Below are positions 21,436-36,108 of a stretch of DNA of 64,000 bases, one piece after another. The stretch lies in assembly GCA_050613775.1 (NCBI GenBank), contig JBODTK010000011.1, forward strand, positions 1-64,000, written 5' to 3'. The position numbers were made by a program, and so were the translations under genes. How positions within the stretch are numbered: the first letter of the stretch is position 1; every line of letters begins with the position of its first letter. Below the pieces are notes generated by a model. It had not been told where the DNA came from. It searched no databases and was given only the letters and a program-made list of their open reading frames with translations. This DNA is from Neocallimastix sp. 'constans'. Its lineage: Eukaryota.

Positions 21436-23150
21436 ATGAAAGAAAGCTGTATTTACCTTTTAAAAAATAAATCTGATGTTTATAACGCATTTATTAAATT
21501 TCACAAATTAATGAATAATACTACTGAATTTACAATTAAAACTTTAAAAACCGACAACGGAACAGAATACACCAATGAAAATTTCAACAAGTATCTTTCC
21601 GAAAATGGTATAAAATTAATTCATTCAACTCCTGGCTACTCACAACAAAATGGTCGTTCAGAACAAATTGATCAAACTCTTAATAATTGTGCAACTACAC
21701 TACTTAATTCTGCCAAATTATCTTTTAATTTTTGGGATTCTGCTAATCTATGTGCATATCGTTTATATAACCTTAATCCTCATCAAGGTAATAATTCAAA
21801 AATCTCAGATGAAATTTTCTTCAACAAACCTATTGATATTTCACACCTACATGTTTTTGGTTGAAGAGTATATTTCTATAATAATCATAAAAAGAATAAA
21901 TTTGAAAATAATTCTAAACCTGGAATTTTTCTTGGTTATGCTTCGGACTCTACTGTTTACCTTATTTTAGTATTATCTTCTAACTGTATTATATCAGTTA
22001 GAGACGTTTATTGGAAAATATTCCTAGAACTATTAATACTACCTTTCTATTAGAAGAATATATTAATTCTATTTTTCCTTCGAATTATTCAATTAAGGGG
22101 GAAAAAGGCAGTTATGATCAATTAAATAATTCAAATAATTCAAATAATAACAACCAAGAAATTATTAATAGCAATAATAAAATTATATTAAACAATAACA
22201 ATAATAGCATTAATAACAATATTAATAATTACATGAATTTGAATAAAAAACATGAAAACTTAAACACAAATCAAAACTCTGATATATTAATTGATAAAAG
22301 TTCAAACAACAATTTAAATAATTCTAATAATAATGATATGGCTATAAATATTAAAGATAATGACAAAAATAATTTAGAAAATAATGAAATGGAAAATACT
22401 GATACTCATAAAAATAACAACAAAAGAAAATTCATTGATTTAAATGAAAAAGAAAATACAAATGATAATGAACAATTAACAATAAAGAAAAACAAAGTAT
22501 TATTAATTAAAACAGTTAATCCTAAGAGTTATGATGAAGCAATAAATTCTAACGATTCAAATAAATGGAAAGATGTAATTAAAAAAGAAATCAATAATAT
22601 GTATGAACAAAAAGTAATGAGAATAGTTAATAATATTCCTAAAGATACTACTTTAATTGATACTAGATGGGAATTTACTACTAAAGATAATGGTGTTAAA
22701 AGAGCAAGATTAGTTGCTCGTGGATTCAAACAGAGAAAAGGTGTTAACTATACATCAACATATTCACCAACAATTGAAGCAGATAGTTTAAGAATTACAA
22801 TTCCCATTGCATCACAATACAAATGGAACTTAAGACAAATGGATATAAAGGCAGCTTATTTAAATTCCAAATTAGAAGAAGAAATATACGTAGACATACC
22901 AGAAGGAGATAAAAATTATAATTCTGGAAAATATTGGATATTAAATAAGGCTCTATATGGTTTGAAACAAGTCGGAAGACAATGGTATAAAGAAATATCA
23001 GGTTATTTAAAAATATTGTTTTAAAACAATTGAGTATTGATCAATGTTTATTTACAAAATACCACAATGGAAATTTATGTGCTATATTATGTCTTTATGT
23101 TGATGATATCTTACTGGAGAAGATAAAGAAATTAAATATATAAGCAATAA
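21436..23150 (+). mobile_element. Ty1/copia pol fragment (integrase core, linker, RT), frameshifted and truncated
   Basis: KTDNGTEY..HSTPGYSQQNGRSE (rve core); RARLVARGFKQRKG, QMDIKAAYLN and KALYGLKQ (RVT_2); CLYVDDI at ~23090-23110. Confidence 0.92.
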
Positions 23151-23593
23151 ATTAAAAGAAAAATAAAATATTTAACTATTAATAAAATACTTTAGCAATT
23201 ATATAGATTTATTTATTTAAAAAAAATATTAATAAAATATTTAAACAATTATTAATAAAATTAATTATAAATATTAATAATAAAATATAAAAATATAAAA
23301 ATATATTATTGATATTAATAATAAAGTATAAAAATATAGGATTATTTATTTTAAAGAAAATATTAATAAAATATTTAAACAATTATTAATAAAATTAATT
23401 ATAATAATAAAATTATAGAATATTTATTTAAACTACATAAAATTTATCAAGTATATAAACATTTTAACTTTTTAATAATTATAAAATTTTAATTAATAAA
23501 TTTAATTATAAGTTTTTGTATGAAAGAATTTTAATGATTTTTTCTTTTGAAAATTCCTCTGTCATTTCATAATTATTTATTATTAAATAATAT

Positions 23594-25009
23594 TTATAAA
23601 ATATTATTTAAATTAGTTAAACATTCAAACCACAATTTAGTAAGATCACTTCTATCATATTTAATATCAATTAACTTGGCTTCTTTATTTTTGTATTTTT
23701 CAATTAAGATATTAATTTCATCAGTTTTTGTTTTTATTTTTTTTTTCATTCTCCAAATTCCTTTTATTTTCATTTGGTAATCATAATATGATAAATGTTC
23801 CTATTCTTTTAATTTATTTATTAATTCATAAAAATTTGGTTTCATTGGAAATAGCTTATTTAAAGAATTATTGAGTGATTCTGAAGCATTATTGGTTATA
23901 TGTTCAATATTATTATAATAATTCCAACTTTTCATATCGTAACCAATTAAATATGTTTCATAAAAATATTCTAAAAATTTTAAAAATTGACAAGAATTTT
24001 TTTCAATGGATTTAGTTTTAATTAATGAAAAAATATCCATTATATATTCAGGGTTGATAAATGGTAAGTTTGAAATTCCTTTGTAATAATTAAATATTTT
24101 TTCATCATCGTTCACTTCATTACGGCACAATTTTTTTTTAATTTCTAATAAATTTTTATAATGCCAAATACAGTATTTAATATTTATATTAGGAAATATT
24201 TTTTTAACTGCTTTGGATATGCCTTTTTCAAAATCGCAATGTACATTTGGTTCAGTTATAATATTATTATTAGAATTTCGTTTTAATTTATTGAATAACA
24301 TTTTATATGTTTTTTGCTTTTTATTTCTTAATATTGCATAAGAAGTAGTATAAAAATTATTCAATTCTTTAACGTAAGTTCTAGTAATAAACACTTGTTG
24401 ACTAAATTTAGGTGCGATATAAAAAGTACAATCCACAAATATATCAATATTATATTTCTTAAATAATTTTGCTTGAAAAGGGGATTGAAAAATTACTAAA
24501 TCAGAATTTTTGAATCTCATAAAATCTTCATTTCGTTCAGTTTTATAATATTCAGATTCATTAGGAATTTCATTAAAAGTTGTTACATTGGATGGTAGTT
24601 TTTTATTAATACTTCTTAATATTAGAGTTTTAACTGAAATATATTCAGGACACGGATATATAAATCCCATTTCTTTAGAAATTTCATTATATAGTCTTTT
24701 TCGTTTTATATCAAAAGGATTTGAATGTTTTTTAATTTCGTCTTTAATTTTATGTTTCATTACAGATAGGGATACACTATATTCGTTTCCAGGATGATTA
24801 TGTAAACTCTCATATTTTAAGATTTCTTTCTCATTATTTAAAATAATAAAAGATTTACATTTATTATTTTTTTTATATTCGGTACATTTATAAACTCTTG
24901 AATTATCTTTCCTTGAATGTGAAAAATTAAATTTATATTGTTTATTAATAATGATTTGTTCTTCTCCTTTATTAGACTCACTTATATAAATAGTTATGTT
25001 TTCTTCCAT
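23594..25009 (-). mobile_element. MULE (Mutator-like) DDE transposase with N-terminal FLYWCH/WRKY-like Zn finger; one in-frame stop at 23801-23803
   Basis: YKCTEY..CKS..HNH Zn finger, then DCTF, HCDFEKG, CIWH and TNNASESLN motifs. The frame continues past TAG (EHLSYYDYQMKIKGIW..WFECLTNL) to TAA at 23594. TIRs not identified. Confidence 0.88.
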
Positions 25010-27205
25010 TTTTAAATTTTAATATATAGTTTTTAATTATATCTTTTAAATTATTATATTAATTATCTAAATATTATTTTTTAATATTAATTCTGAACAA
25101 TTAAATATTCAATTTTTTTTAAAAGATAAAAAGTATTTTAATTATTTCTTTTTCTTTTAATTTTTTTAAAAAAAACAGATACATAAAGTATATATGAAAA
25201 TATTTTAATTTTTATTATTTAAAAATAAATTATTTATTTAATGTATATAAAAAAAATTTAATTATTTATTTATTCTAAATTAATATTAATTAATTTTTTT
25301 TAATATATACTAATAAAGAATTTATGAATTAATTATTTTATTTATATTATAATCTAATTAAATTATTAAGTTTTAAGTCTTTTTAAAACAACAAATATAT
25401 ATAGCATTTTTTAGCATATAAAGTAGAACTGGGCTTTCTACTGGTTGTTATGTGGCGACTTAATAATCATCTGGTGTCCAGCCAACCCCTGCTGGTATCT
25501 ATTCTTGATCTGATTTTCCCGATAGGGTTTGGAGAAAGGGTAAAGGGGTTATAATGGCACAATTTCAGGTAAGTATTAATTCCGCTCCTACCATTATTGG
25601 ATTGCCACGTATTTAATTTCTATATTTGATCACCCATGGCATCCTAGTGTAGTTGTATAGCCTATACTGAGAGGGTTACGAGTTCAATTTCTATAGGATA
25701 ACACGGATATTATTTAGCTAGACATGTCTACTGGAGCTACCTCTGCTTAGGAATTTGGAGCGCCGACGTCGTACTGATATAGTATAAGATATATATACCA
25801 AAGTATATATGTTCTTTACAAGCCCATATATATAATATGGGATAGACATGTGAATTCATATGTGTAAAAAACCTATTTATATATCTCTACAAAACGGTTG
25901 CGTTAATATATAAACAGTAATTGAAATGTGAACAACAAATTTTAATTTTTGAAATTTCAATTTACAGCTATAGTTTAAGTTTTATAAAAATATTATTTTG
26001 TAATTTTTATTATTATTTAATATTTTATTTATAAATTATATATAAAATAAAAGGTTTAATTCTATTATTAAGATGGTATAATAACAACTAAAGTTTTAGT
26101 TATAATATAAAAAATTAATATTTTAAATAATATTAATTTAAATATAAATTTATAAAATAAAATTTTTTAATAATAAAATATAAAAATATTATATTGATAT
26201 TAATAATAAAATATAAAAATTTAAAAATATAAAAATATAATATTAATAGAAAAATATAAAAATATAATATCAATAATAAAATATAAAATATAAAAATATA
26301 ATATAAATATTAATAATAAAATATAAAAAATAAGGTTATAAGGAAAATAATTATTTATCATTTTCCTTATAACATGATTGTCAAAAAAAAAAATTATATA
26401 AAAATATTTTATTTTTTATTGACCTTTTTAATTTTTATTTATTTATTTATTTATTTATTTATACATTTATTTCTTTTTTACTTAAAATTATATTAAATTT
26501 TATGGCGTAATAATATAAATTTTAAAAGCCACAAATAAATAGATGGCTTATTAAAGTTTCAAAAAAAAAAATTGGCGTTTTGGACCACATTCTTATAAAT
26601 CTTATTTATTATATTTTGTTAAACTGTAATATTCTTTATTATGTAATATTCATATAATTAAATATAAATAAATAAAAGCCATATTAATTATAAATAATCA
26701 TAATTGAGATTGTGAGATTTCAGTTACATTCTTAACATAATTTACAACTACTATAATTTTTTTTATTCATTTATCTATATTTTAATATTTATTTAATTTT
26801 AATTAATCATTTATAATTATTAATATTATTTTTATATTATATTTTTTATTTTTATTTTATTAACTAACCCTACTATATTTTTTTTTTATTTATCTATATT
26901 TTATTTAACTTTTATAAATCTATTATTATTATTATCATTTTATTATATTATTTTAAATCTATTATTATTATTATCATTTTATTATATTATTTTATTTTTA
27001 TAACAAATTTTTTAATACCTTTTTTCAATATTATATTTATTTATTACTATAATATTGTTTTTGCTATTATAATTCTTTATATTTTGTTTTAATAAAACGT
27101 GTGTAAAATTTAACATATATTTCCGTATTAGAATATATTATTTTATTTAATATTATCTTGCTAACTCACAAAACATTGATACTTATAAAAAAAACGTATC
27201 ATTTG

Positions 27206-28113
27206 TGATACAGGGTGTCAATAAATACCTTACATTTCCTATTAAATATTCTTATTAATATTACAATAAAAATTATTATTAAATCATATTATTAAGATCT
27301 TTTATTAATATCAAATATAATAAAATTATTATTAGATATTCCTAAAAAATCTTTTATTTATATTAAATATAATAAAAATTATTATTAAATATTCTTATTA
27401 AAACCTTTTATTAATATCAAATATAATAAAAATTAAAAATTATTACTAAATATTCTTATTAAAAAATAAATATAATTTAAATCATTATTAAATCTTATTT
27501 TTTTTATATTAAGTATAATAAAAACAATTTCAATAAATATTTAAAATAAAATACAGAATTATAAGTTTCTGTATAATATTCTCTAAACCTTTGAAATAAA
27601 CTAAGAATAAAACAAAAATCAAAACTAAATTAAATCTTTATTAAAATAAAAATGAATTCAATAACAAAAATGAACAAAAATACTGAAAACATTAATTCTT
27701 TATAATTTTCTCTCTAAAGACAATATCAAGAAGAAGCTACCGCCGGGAACGCCCTTCGTGATACAACCTCCAAATTTAATTTTTATAGTTTAATTTAATA
27801 AATGTTATTTTTTTTTAACAATATAAATAATATTATAAATAATTTAAATAATAGTAAAAAGTTTAAATAAAATAGTTAGAATAGTTTTTTTAAAGAATAT
27901 AATAAAAATAAATAAAATGTATTAAAATAAAGTATAAGAAGAAGAATAAATTTCTTTCTTTTTAATACTGGGAACAAATAATTTTAGTTTTAAATTTAAA
28001 TAAAGAATATTTTAAAAATTAATTTTTTTGTTTCCAAATTTATTTTTATCTTTTTGTGTTAATATTTATTTTTTGATTTGAATATCTTAGTGTTTCAACC
28101 CCAGTCCGTATCA
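27206..28113 (+). mobile_element. LTR (908 bp, TGATAC...GTATCA); same family as 60943-61839 and 62683-63687
   Basis: Inverted termini; sequence is collinear with the two minus-strand copies near the window end; followed by a decayed PBS (TTGATGAAGAATCCGAGC) and gag. Confidence 0.88.
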
Positions 28114-28333
28114 TGTAAATTTGATGAAGAATCCGAGCATGACAGTAACAAGATAATATTAAAATAATATTTATTGAATAATAATAATACATAATAATTA
28201 ATAATAAAATAAATTTAATATATATTTAAAAGAAAATAATAATAATAATAATAATATATAAAAATAAAAATATTATATAATTAATAATAGTAAACAAAAA
28301 AATATATAAATAATAAATAAATAAATAAATAAG

Positions 28334-29840
28334 ATGGATATCCATAAGTTGTTAAGAAGTTTACCATTATTAAAAATTATGGTAAAGATGTAGACTTATG
28401 GATACACGATTTCGAAGAAGTTATGGATCTATGGGATATCCAGAATCCTAAAAGAAGACGTGTTTTTATGAAAGAATGTGTTTATGGTCCTAAGGAAGTT
28501 CTAAAATGAGTAGAAGAAAATTGTGAGAACAAAACTTATCCATCAACTCAAATTATTAAAGAAGAAATTGAAAAAAATTTAGGAATTACACAGAACGACA
28601 AAAATTTTGGAATTATAAGAAATAATAATCAAAATAAATGAATCAATTCCTATATTTAATATTAATTATATTAGAAATTATAAAAATAAAGGCCAGTAGA
28701 ATTGAAAAAAATTAAATTTCAAAATAAATTTTAATAATTATAAACAAAATTATAAAAATAATTATATAAATGATCATAATAATAATATTAATAAGGAAAA
28801 TAAAAAAATAATGTTCTTAAAATAAATTTTAATAATTATAAACAAAATTATAAAAATAATTATATAAATGATCATAATAATAATATTAATAAGGAAAATA
28901 AAAAAATAATGTTCTTAAAATAAATTTTAATAATTATAAACAAAATTATAAAAATAATTATATAAATGATCATAATAATAATATTAATAAGGAAAATAAA
29001 AAAATAATGTTCTTTAAATGTTATGAATTAGGCCATAAAGCATTCAATTATACATATACATTTAAAGAATTATCAATAATAGAAGAAAAAGGAATAATAG
29101 AAAAGAATAATTATAAACAAAAATTTTAATAAGAAAAAAATATTTTTATATAATAAAAAAAATTATAATAAATTATTTGATAAAAATACTAATGATTATT
29201 ATTATAATAATAATGGAAATTATTCTAGTAATGTTTGTAATTGGAATAGTAAACAAAATGATATTAATATAAATAAATAAAATAATTTAAATAATTTCAT
29301 GGGTAATAATAATAATAATTATCAAAATATAAGGTTAAACATTCCAAGATATGAATTTAATAATAATTATGATAACAACAAAAATTTTTATTGGGCTAAA
29401 AATAATAATATTAAAAATAGAAATTGGTATAATAATCTCGGGAACAATAATACGAATAATTATTGCAATAATAATAATAATAATTACGGAATAAATAATA
29501 ATAGTAACAATGATATTAATAATAATTGTAGAGGTGAAAACAACAACAATAAAAAAAATAATAATAATTATTATAATGATAGAAATAATAGTTATACAAT
29601 TTCTTATAGAAATAATTACAACAATAATAATTATAATAATAATAATAATAATTGTAACAATAAAAATAATACAATTAATTGTGAAAAGAATTCAGAAAAT
29701 CAAACTAGTAATTTCAATTCTAATTTTAATGAACCTGGAGTTAAGGAAAAAGTGATCTTTGCTTCTAATGAAAATAAGAATTTTGACTATTCCAATAAAA
29801 ATTTTGAAAAGAAAAATAATAATTCAATATTTGTAAGCAA

Positions 29841-29888
<48 letters not shown>

Positions 29889-30200
29889 ACATAACGCGGT
29901 AGGTTTAAAAACAATGAGTTTTGGAATGGAAATAATACAAAAAAAAATAATTAATTAATTTGAAATTTCAAAATCTCAAAATTTCAAAATTAAAATTTAA
30001 AATTTTGAAATATATTTATTTTTATTATATATAGTTTAAAAATTTATTATTATAAAATTTATTATATATATAAAAAAAAATATTTATTCAATAAAAAAAA
30101 AATTATCTTATGAAACTAACTAAATTTTGGTGACTTCAGGGGATAAAGTCTTTCAGTGGGAGCATCTTGATACGGTACCACCATTCACATTAAATAAATA
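28334..30200 (+). mobile_element. Internal region of a gag-only LTR element: gag pseudogene, ~98-bp triple tandem repeat, Zn-knuckle remnant, Asn-rich ORF, PPT and start of a 3' LTR at 30168
   Basis: MDIHKLLRSLPLLKNYGKDVDLWIHDFEEVMDLWDIQNPKRR matches ORF 34149-34619; FKCYELGHKAF at ~29010-29045; GTGGGAGCATCT precedes TGATACGGTACCACCA at 30168. No pol motifs seen. Confidence 0.75.
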
Positions 30201-33200
30201 TGTTAACATTAGATATAAAAAGATGAATTATGTATTTTGTATTATTGTAATACTTAATCTTCTATTATTTATATTTTTTATAATTAAATAAAATATTTTA
30301 CATTATAATAATAATGAACGATATCTTAGATTTATGTGACTTCAATTATTTTGTGTCCTAAAAAATTAAGAGTCTCAGTCTAACCTACTGAGCTTAACCC
30401 AAAGTTAAGTTAAACTAATATACTATATATAATAATAATCTTAATAAAGATATACTATATTAATCTAATATACTATATATAATAATAATCTTAATAACCT
30501 CCTGAGCTTAACCCAAAGTTAAGTTAAACTAATATACTATATATAATAATAATCTTAATAAAGATATACTATATTAATCTATCTAATTTCATATATATAC
30601 ATTCTACCTTATTGTATGCAAAACATGTAAATTATTAACAAAAGAAATTTATAAACAAGAATACAATCTTAATCATTTAAATAAAAATATGAATACTTGT
30701 GAAAAGATCAAATCACAATCATTGAATTAATTATGTAATAAATAACAGGAAAAGAGAGTATTCTATAATAAATAATATAACTATATATATTCAACAATAT
30801 TAACAAAGGAATAAAAATCATGATAATTTAACTTATTACAAGAAAAACAACAAAAATCAAAACAGAGTCAGTTACCATATCGTTAAACTGAAAATTTAAT
30901 TATAGTCAGTTAACACATCGTTAAATTGATAATATAAATTATAGTCAGTTAACTTATTGTTAAACTGAAAATTTAATTGTATTCAGTTAACTTATAATTT
31001 TAATTTTAAGCTTAATTGTTAACTTATAATCAAGCTTAAAATTAAAATTATAGTCAGATAATTTGTTATAAAACTGAAAATTCAAAATATAGTCAATTAA
31101 TATTAAACCAAATCTGAAAATAATAGTATTGTCAGTTAACAAACTGTTAAACTGAAAATAATATAATAGTCTGATGATTAATATATTAAATTGAAAACAT
31201 TATAACAGTCAAATAATATAAATTTTAATCTAAAAAAAATATATATATAAAATTTCATTAAATAAAAACAATATATAGTTTTAAAAACAAATATCTAATA
31301 AAAGTAAAATACATCATATTATGTCTTTGTAACACTATATAAATATTTAAATTAATTAAAATTAAAATGATCACTGAACAATATTAATATTATAAATTAA
31401 CATGGTCATAAAATACAAATACTTGTACCACATTTATTATTTATTATAAACAAATAATATATCTAAATAACCAGTGACACAAGTATCAAATATAAACCTT
31501 ATAGCATATAGCATATGACTGGATAAAATTAATCTATATTGAATCTAAAAATATAAACGAATAAAATTTAATGTATATATTAACAATAGTATATTTTTCA
31601 TAAATATACAATACTAAAAAATAATTTATATCTCAATTAATACATAATAATTCATTAAAAAAATACACACGATAAATCTGCAATTAATTATTAGTATAAT
31701 TAATAAATATACAAAAAAAATAACCAATTATGTCCATTCTAAAATATACTTATAACAAAAATAAATATCAAAAATAAATATATATTTTATAAAATAAAAC
31801 ATCACGTAAAATTACAATTTATCTTAATAATAATAAAAATAATAAAATTTAGCATAATATATTTCAATAATATACAATATTATATTGAATTGATAATTCA
31901 AAATTAAAAATGACCAACAGAAGAGGAAGACCACAAGTTGTAACTATTGATGAAACTAACAATCAAAGAGCAACCATTAATTTCAATTACTCAGAAAACT
32001 TTAATAAAGTAGTTGAATTAACAACATAAAACTATGGAAGATGGAAAACAAAGATGCTGTATTTATTATCCATTAACAACATCCTTAACTACGTTACTCA
32101 AGAAAAAGTTAAGAAATTACGTAAAAAAGATATCAAGGATAAAATGTCCAAATACACCCCAGATAAATTCAATGACACTCTAGTATATAAAAAAAAACAC
32201 TAATACTAAGGATATAAACAATGACATAACAGCAAAATGGATAATTTTAAATAGTCTAGGTGAAAAAACCCAAAGTATTATACAAGGTGATGGCAAAACC
32301 CTTATGAAATCTGGAACGTCCTAAAAAATTCATTCACCAAAAACAATGGTACGTTAAAGATAAAACTAAAAGAAAGATTAGAAAAATTCAAGTATAATAC
32401 AGATACAGATATAAATATTTTCTTAGCTATCCTACAAAACACCATTGACGAACTCGAAAGGGTTGATTCCGATTTAAGCACAGACACAAAAATCGGAATT
32501 TTAAATAGAAGCCTTCCGGACAACCTATGATGGATAAATGTATTTCAATAAAAAAACAACTGGGAAAAATGCAAGGATTATGTGAAGAACATAATCCCAG
32601 ATATAATTTTTTCAAACTTCAAAGAGTCCACATATTCCCAAAGCAACAATAATATCTTCCTTGCAGTTAATCAAAATAACAACCAAAAGGGAAGAAACCA
32701 TACAAGTAATATTAAAAGAAAAAGAATACAACAAACGGAAGATGAAACTACTGTGGAAAATGGGGACACTACTTTTATGAATGTGTAAAAAGGAAGCAAA
32801 ACAGAATAACAAGAAAAAGAAGATTTTCCAAAAGTAATACAAAAGGCAAAACCAATATCGTAAGAAATTCCAAGAAAAGAAAATATACTAATCTACTAGA
32901 AAGAAATAATTATAATACTAATTTTGGTGATGCTTTTATACAAGATTTTAACACAAATGAAAACTTAAATATTAATTCAATCTCAACAGATCTTTACAAA
33001 CGTAATGATCAAAAGGAAATGCTAGATACTTGATTCTGGTACATCCATCAATATTACTAATCAATTAAATAAATTGCAAAATATTAAAAAATGCAATGAA
33101 AATGTTTATCTAGCCAATAACCAAATAATATCAACCCAGTTTATTGGTGATTTTATTGGATATATCGACAACTGTAAATTTACTATCAATAACGTATATT

Positions 33201-33895
33201 ATTCACCAAAAATTCATAAAAATTTATTATCAATAGGAATGCTTACACAACAAGATTATAAAATTATATTCAAAAACTTTAATAATAAATCTTATGCTAT
33301 TATATATGATCAACACTCTAACAGAATTCAGAATATAATTTCAAATAATACAAATACATTTAAATTATGGATTTCAACGCATCCATTCAATCTTTTAAAC
33401 CCAAATCAATCTAAGTTTGTAAACGAAATCAATTATACACATTTAAAATCTATAAACAAACTCAATTTATGGCACAGAAGACTCTGACACTTTAACATTG
33501 ACAATATTAAACAAAAATTATTAAAAATAAATATAAATTCACATTGACAATATTAAACAAAAATTATTAAAAATAAATATAAATTCAAGATGTCTACTCT
33601 GTATTAATTCTAAACTCAAAAATAAACCATTCAAAAAATCCTTCAGTAGAGCATCAAGAATCTTTGAACTATTATACATGGATTTAATTGGCCCATTACC
33701 AGATTCAATCTACGGTAATAAATACATAATTTCCATTCTATATGATCATTTCAGATATGCCTGGACATTATTTATTAAGAACAAATAAGAAACATTTTCT
33801 CCATTTATAACTGGTTCATCCAAATAAAAATATTTTTAATATATAATAAAATACATCCGTTCTGACAACGGTACAGAATTCAACAATAAAAATTT
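30201..33895 (+). mobile_element. Copia element F (3'-truncated): probable short LTR, tRNA-Lys-type PBS 30365-30394, long repetitive leader, gag-protease-integrase pseudogene from 31910
   Basis: PBS ATTAAGAGTCTCA; gag NYGRWKTKMLYLL; protease ILDSGTS (~33025-33045); LWHRRL; CLLC..FELLYMDLIGP; RSDNGTEF at ~33860. Many stops. The 5' LTR boundary is uncertain. Confidence 0.82.
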
Positions 33896-34148
33896 TCTTC
33901 GGAAGATAAAAGAACATCAATATTTAGTTTAGAATTTATTTTATTTTATAATTATTATTATAAATTTTTATTATATTGTTATTGTTTTTTTTATATATAT
34001 ATCTATCTTTATTTTTACTCTTAAGTCTTTTCTTTTATATTTATATCAATTTTTTCATATTGGCTGATTTTGTTCTGTAGGTCTGTAATGAACATGTTTA
34101 TGTCAAGCTCAGTATTATATTTTGAAGAAGTAATTTTATTTTTTAATA

Positions 34149-36108
34149 TTATTTTTTGTCTTTCGATACTTGCTTTGGTACCTTTAAACATGGATATATT
34201 CTTGGTTTAATTGAGTTTATATAATCTTCAACTGTAATTAATTTTCTCATTTCTTCATCAATATTTTTATATTTTCTAATATAATTAATATTAAATATAG
34301 AAATTGATTCATTTGTTTTAATTTTCATTTGTTTTAATTCCCAAATTTTATCGTTTTGAGTAATTCTCAAATATTTTTCAATTTCTTCTTTAATAATTTG
34401 AATTGATGGATAAGTTTTATTCTTGCAATTTTCTTCTACTCTTTTTAGAACTTCCTTTGGACCATAATCCACACATTCTTTCATAAAAGCAAGTCTTCTT
34501 TTAGGATTCTGGATATCCCATAGATCCATAACTTCTTCGAAATCATATATCCATAAGTCTATATCTTTACCATAATTTTTCAATAATGGTAAACTTTTTA
34601 ACAACTTATAGATATCCATTTTAATAATTTATTTATTTATTTATTATTATGTATATTTATTAATTTACTATTATTAATTATGCAATATTTTTATTTTTAT
34701 TATTATTATTATTTTACATATATATTAACTTATTTTATTATTTATTATTATTTATTATTATTCTATACATATTATTTTCATATTATCTTGTTACTTTTAC
34801 GCCCGGATTCTACACCAAAATTATGATACGTGATATTTATAAAACATCAATATCAACATTTATTTTGTTTTATATGGACGATAACAGTAGGGAATAATTG
34901 ACAAAATAATACATTCTAATATATTATAGAATAATATACACAATAATAATATTCACTCTTTAATATTTATTTTATTTACTTTATTTATTTATTATCATTC
35001 ATCAATAAAAATACATTATTTATTATTCATCAATGTAAAATAATTATTAACTAGTTAAAATATAATTAAATCATTAAATAAAATATAATTAATTACTAAA
35101 ATCTCTCATATTATTAATGTAAACTAAATATAAAACTATACTAAACTATACTAATAAACATGCTTATGGGTTAAATTCTTAATAAAACTAATTTAATATT
35201 AATAAAAGAACCATTCTTTTGTAAAATGTTCCTTATGGAGCAGATTACAATTACGAAAAAAAAAAAAAAAAAAAAAAAAAAACAGAAACACTATCAATAA
35301 TAATACACAAATCAAATGAAATTTATTTTATTTAAAAAATTCTTTTATTAATCTCTTTATTATAAAAATTCTTTTTATTAGTTATTAACTGCAAATAGTT
35401 AATAACAACTACATTTTTTTAATAGAATAATTTTACATGTATTTATATTTTTTCTTAATTATATTATAATATACTATTTCTATTTATTTAAACATATATT
35501 CAATATAAAATAAACAAAAACTAATCTAAAATTAAATAAAAACTAAAACTAATTCAATAATCTTTTTATTCAATTTGTTTTGACTCAAATTGAATAAATT
35601 CTTATTTATTATTTATTTATTATTCTAAATTGAATAAATTCTTATTTATTATTTATTTATTATTCTTTTATTATTAATACTATTAATTATATATTACTAT
35701 TTAATTTTTATGATTATTAAACTAAACTAAAATTAAACTAAACTAAAATTATTAAAATATTTTATTACTAAATTTTAGGTTATTTAAAAATTAATCTAAT
35801 ATTTTTAAATTTATATATTATATAAAATATAAATTTATTATTAATTTTCATAAATCAATTAATTTCATAAATTAATATATTTTACATAATTTAATGCATT
35901 AGCATTACTTTGTAAAAGTGAATTACATTAAATAATTTAATATACAAAACAAATTAATTAATGTACTAAAGATATTGATCATATCTTTACATCTTTAAAC
36001 TAGTATTATTTACTAACTATATATATTATTACTAAATTATTATTAACCAATAAGATTTCACTAACCTAAATTTCACTAAATTACAGTATTTATGGTGGTA
36101 CCGTATCA
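34149..36108 (-). mobile_element. Truncated gag-only-type LTR element: LTR 34824-36108, PBS 34802-34817, gag ORF 34149-34619
   Basis: LTR termini on the minus strand read TGATACGGTACCACCA...ACGTATCA. PBS TGGTGTAGAATCCGGG is a tRNA 3'-end type (Ala-like). Gag is nearly identical to the copy at 28334. Confidence 0.78.

Noticed and set aside
25641..25699. tRNA gene
   Set aside because: About 59 nt with no complete D or anticodon arm; kept only as a weak lead.
23150..26350. Terminal inverted repeats for the MULE transposase
   Set aside because: Similar AT-rich flanks at ~23270-23340 and ~26170-26340 are direct and low-complexity; no inverted termini or 9-bp TSD could be fixed.
31910..33895. RIP-like hypermutation of repeats
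   Set aside because: Some CAA-to-TAA and TGG-to-stop changes are visible, but transversions and indels are also common and young repeats are nearly identical; this cannot be supported without alignments.
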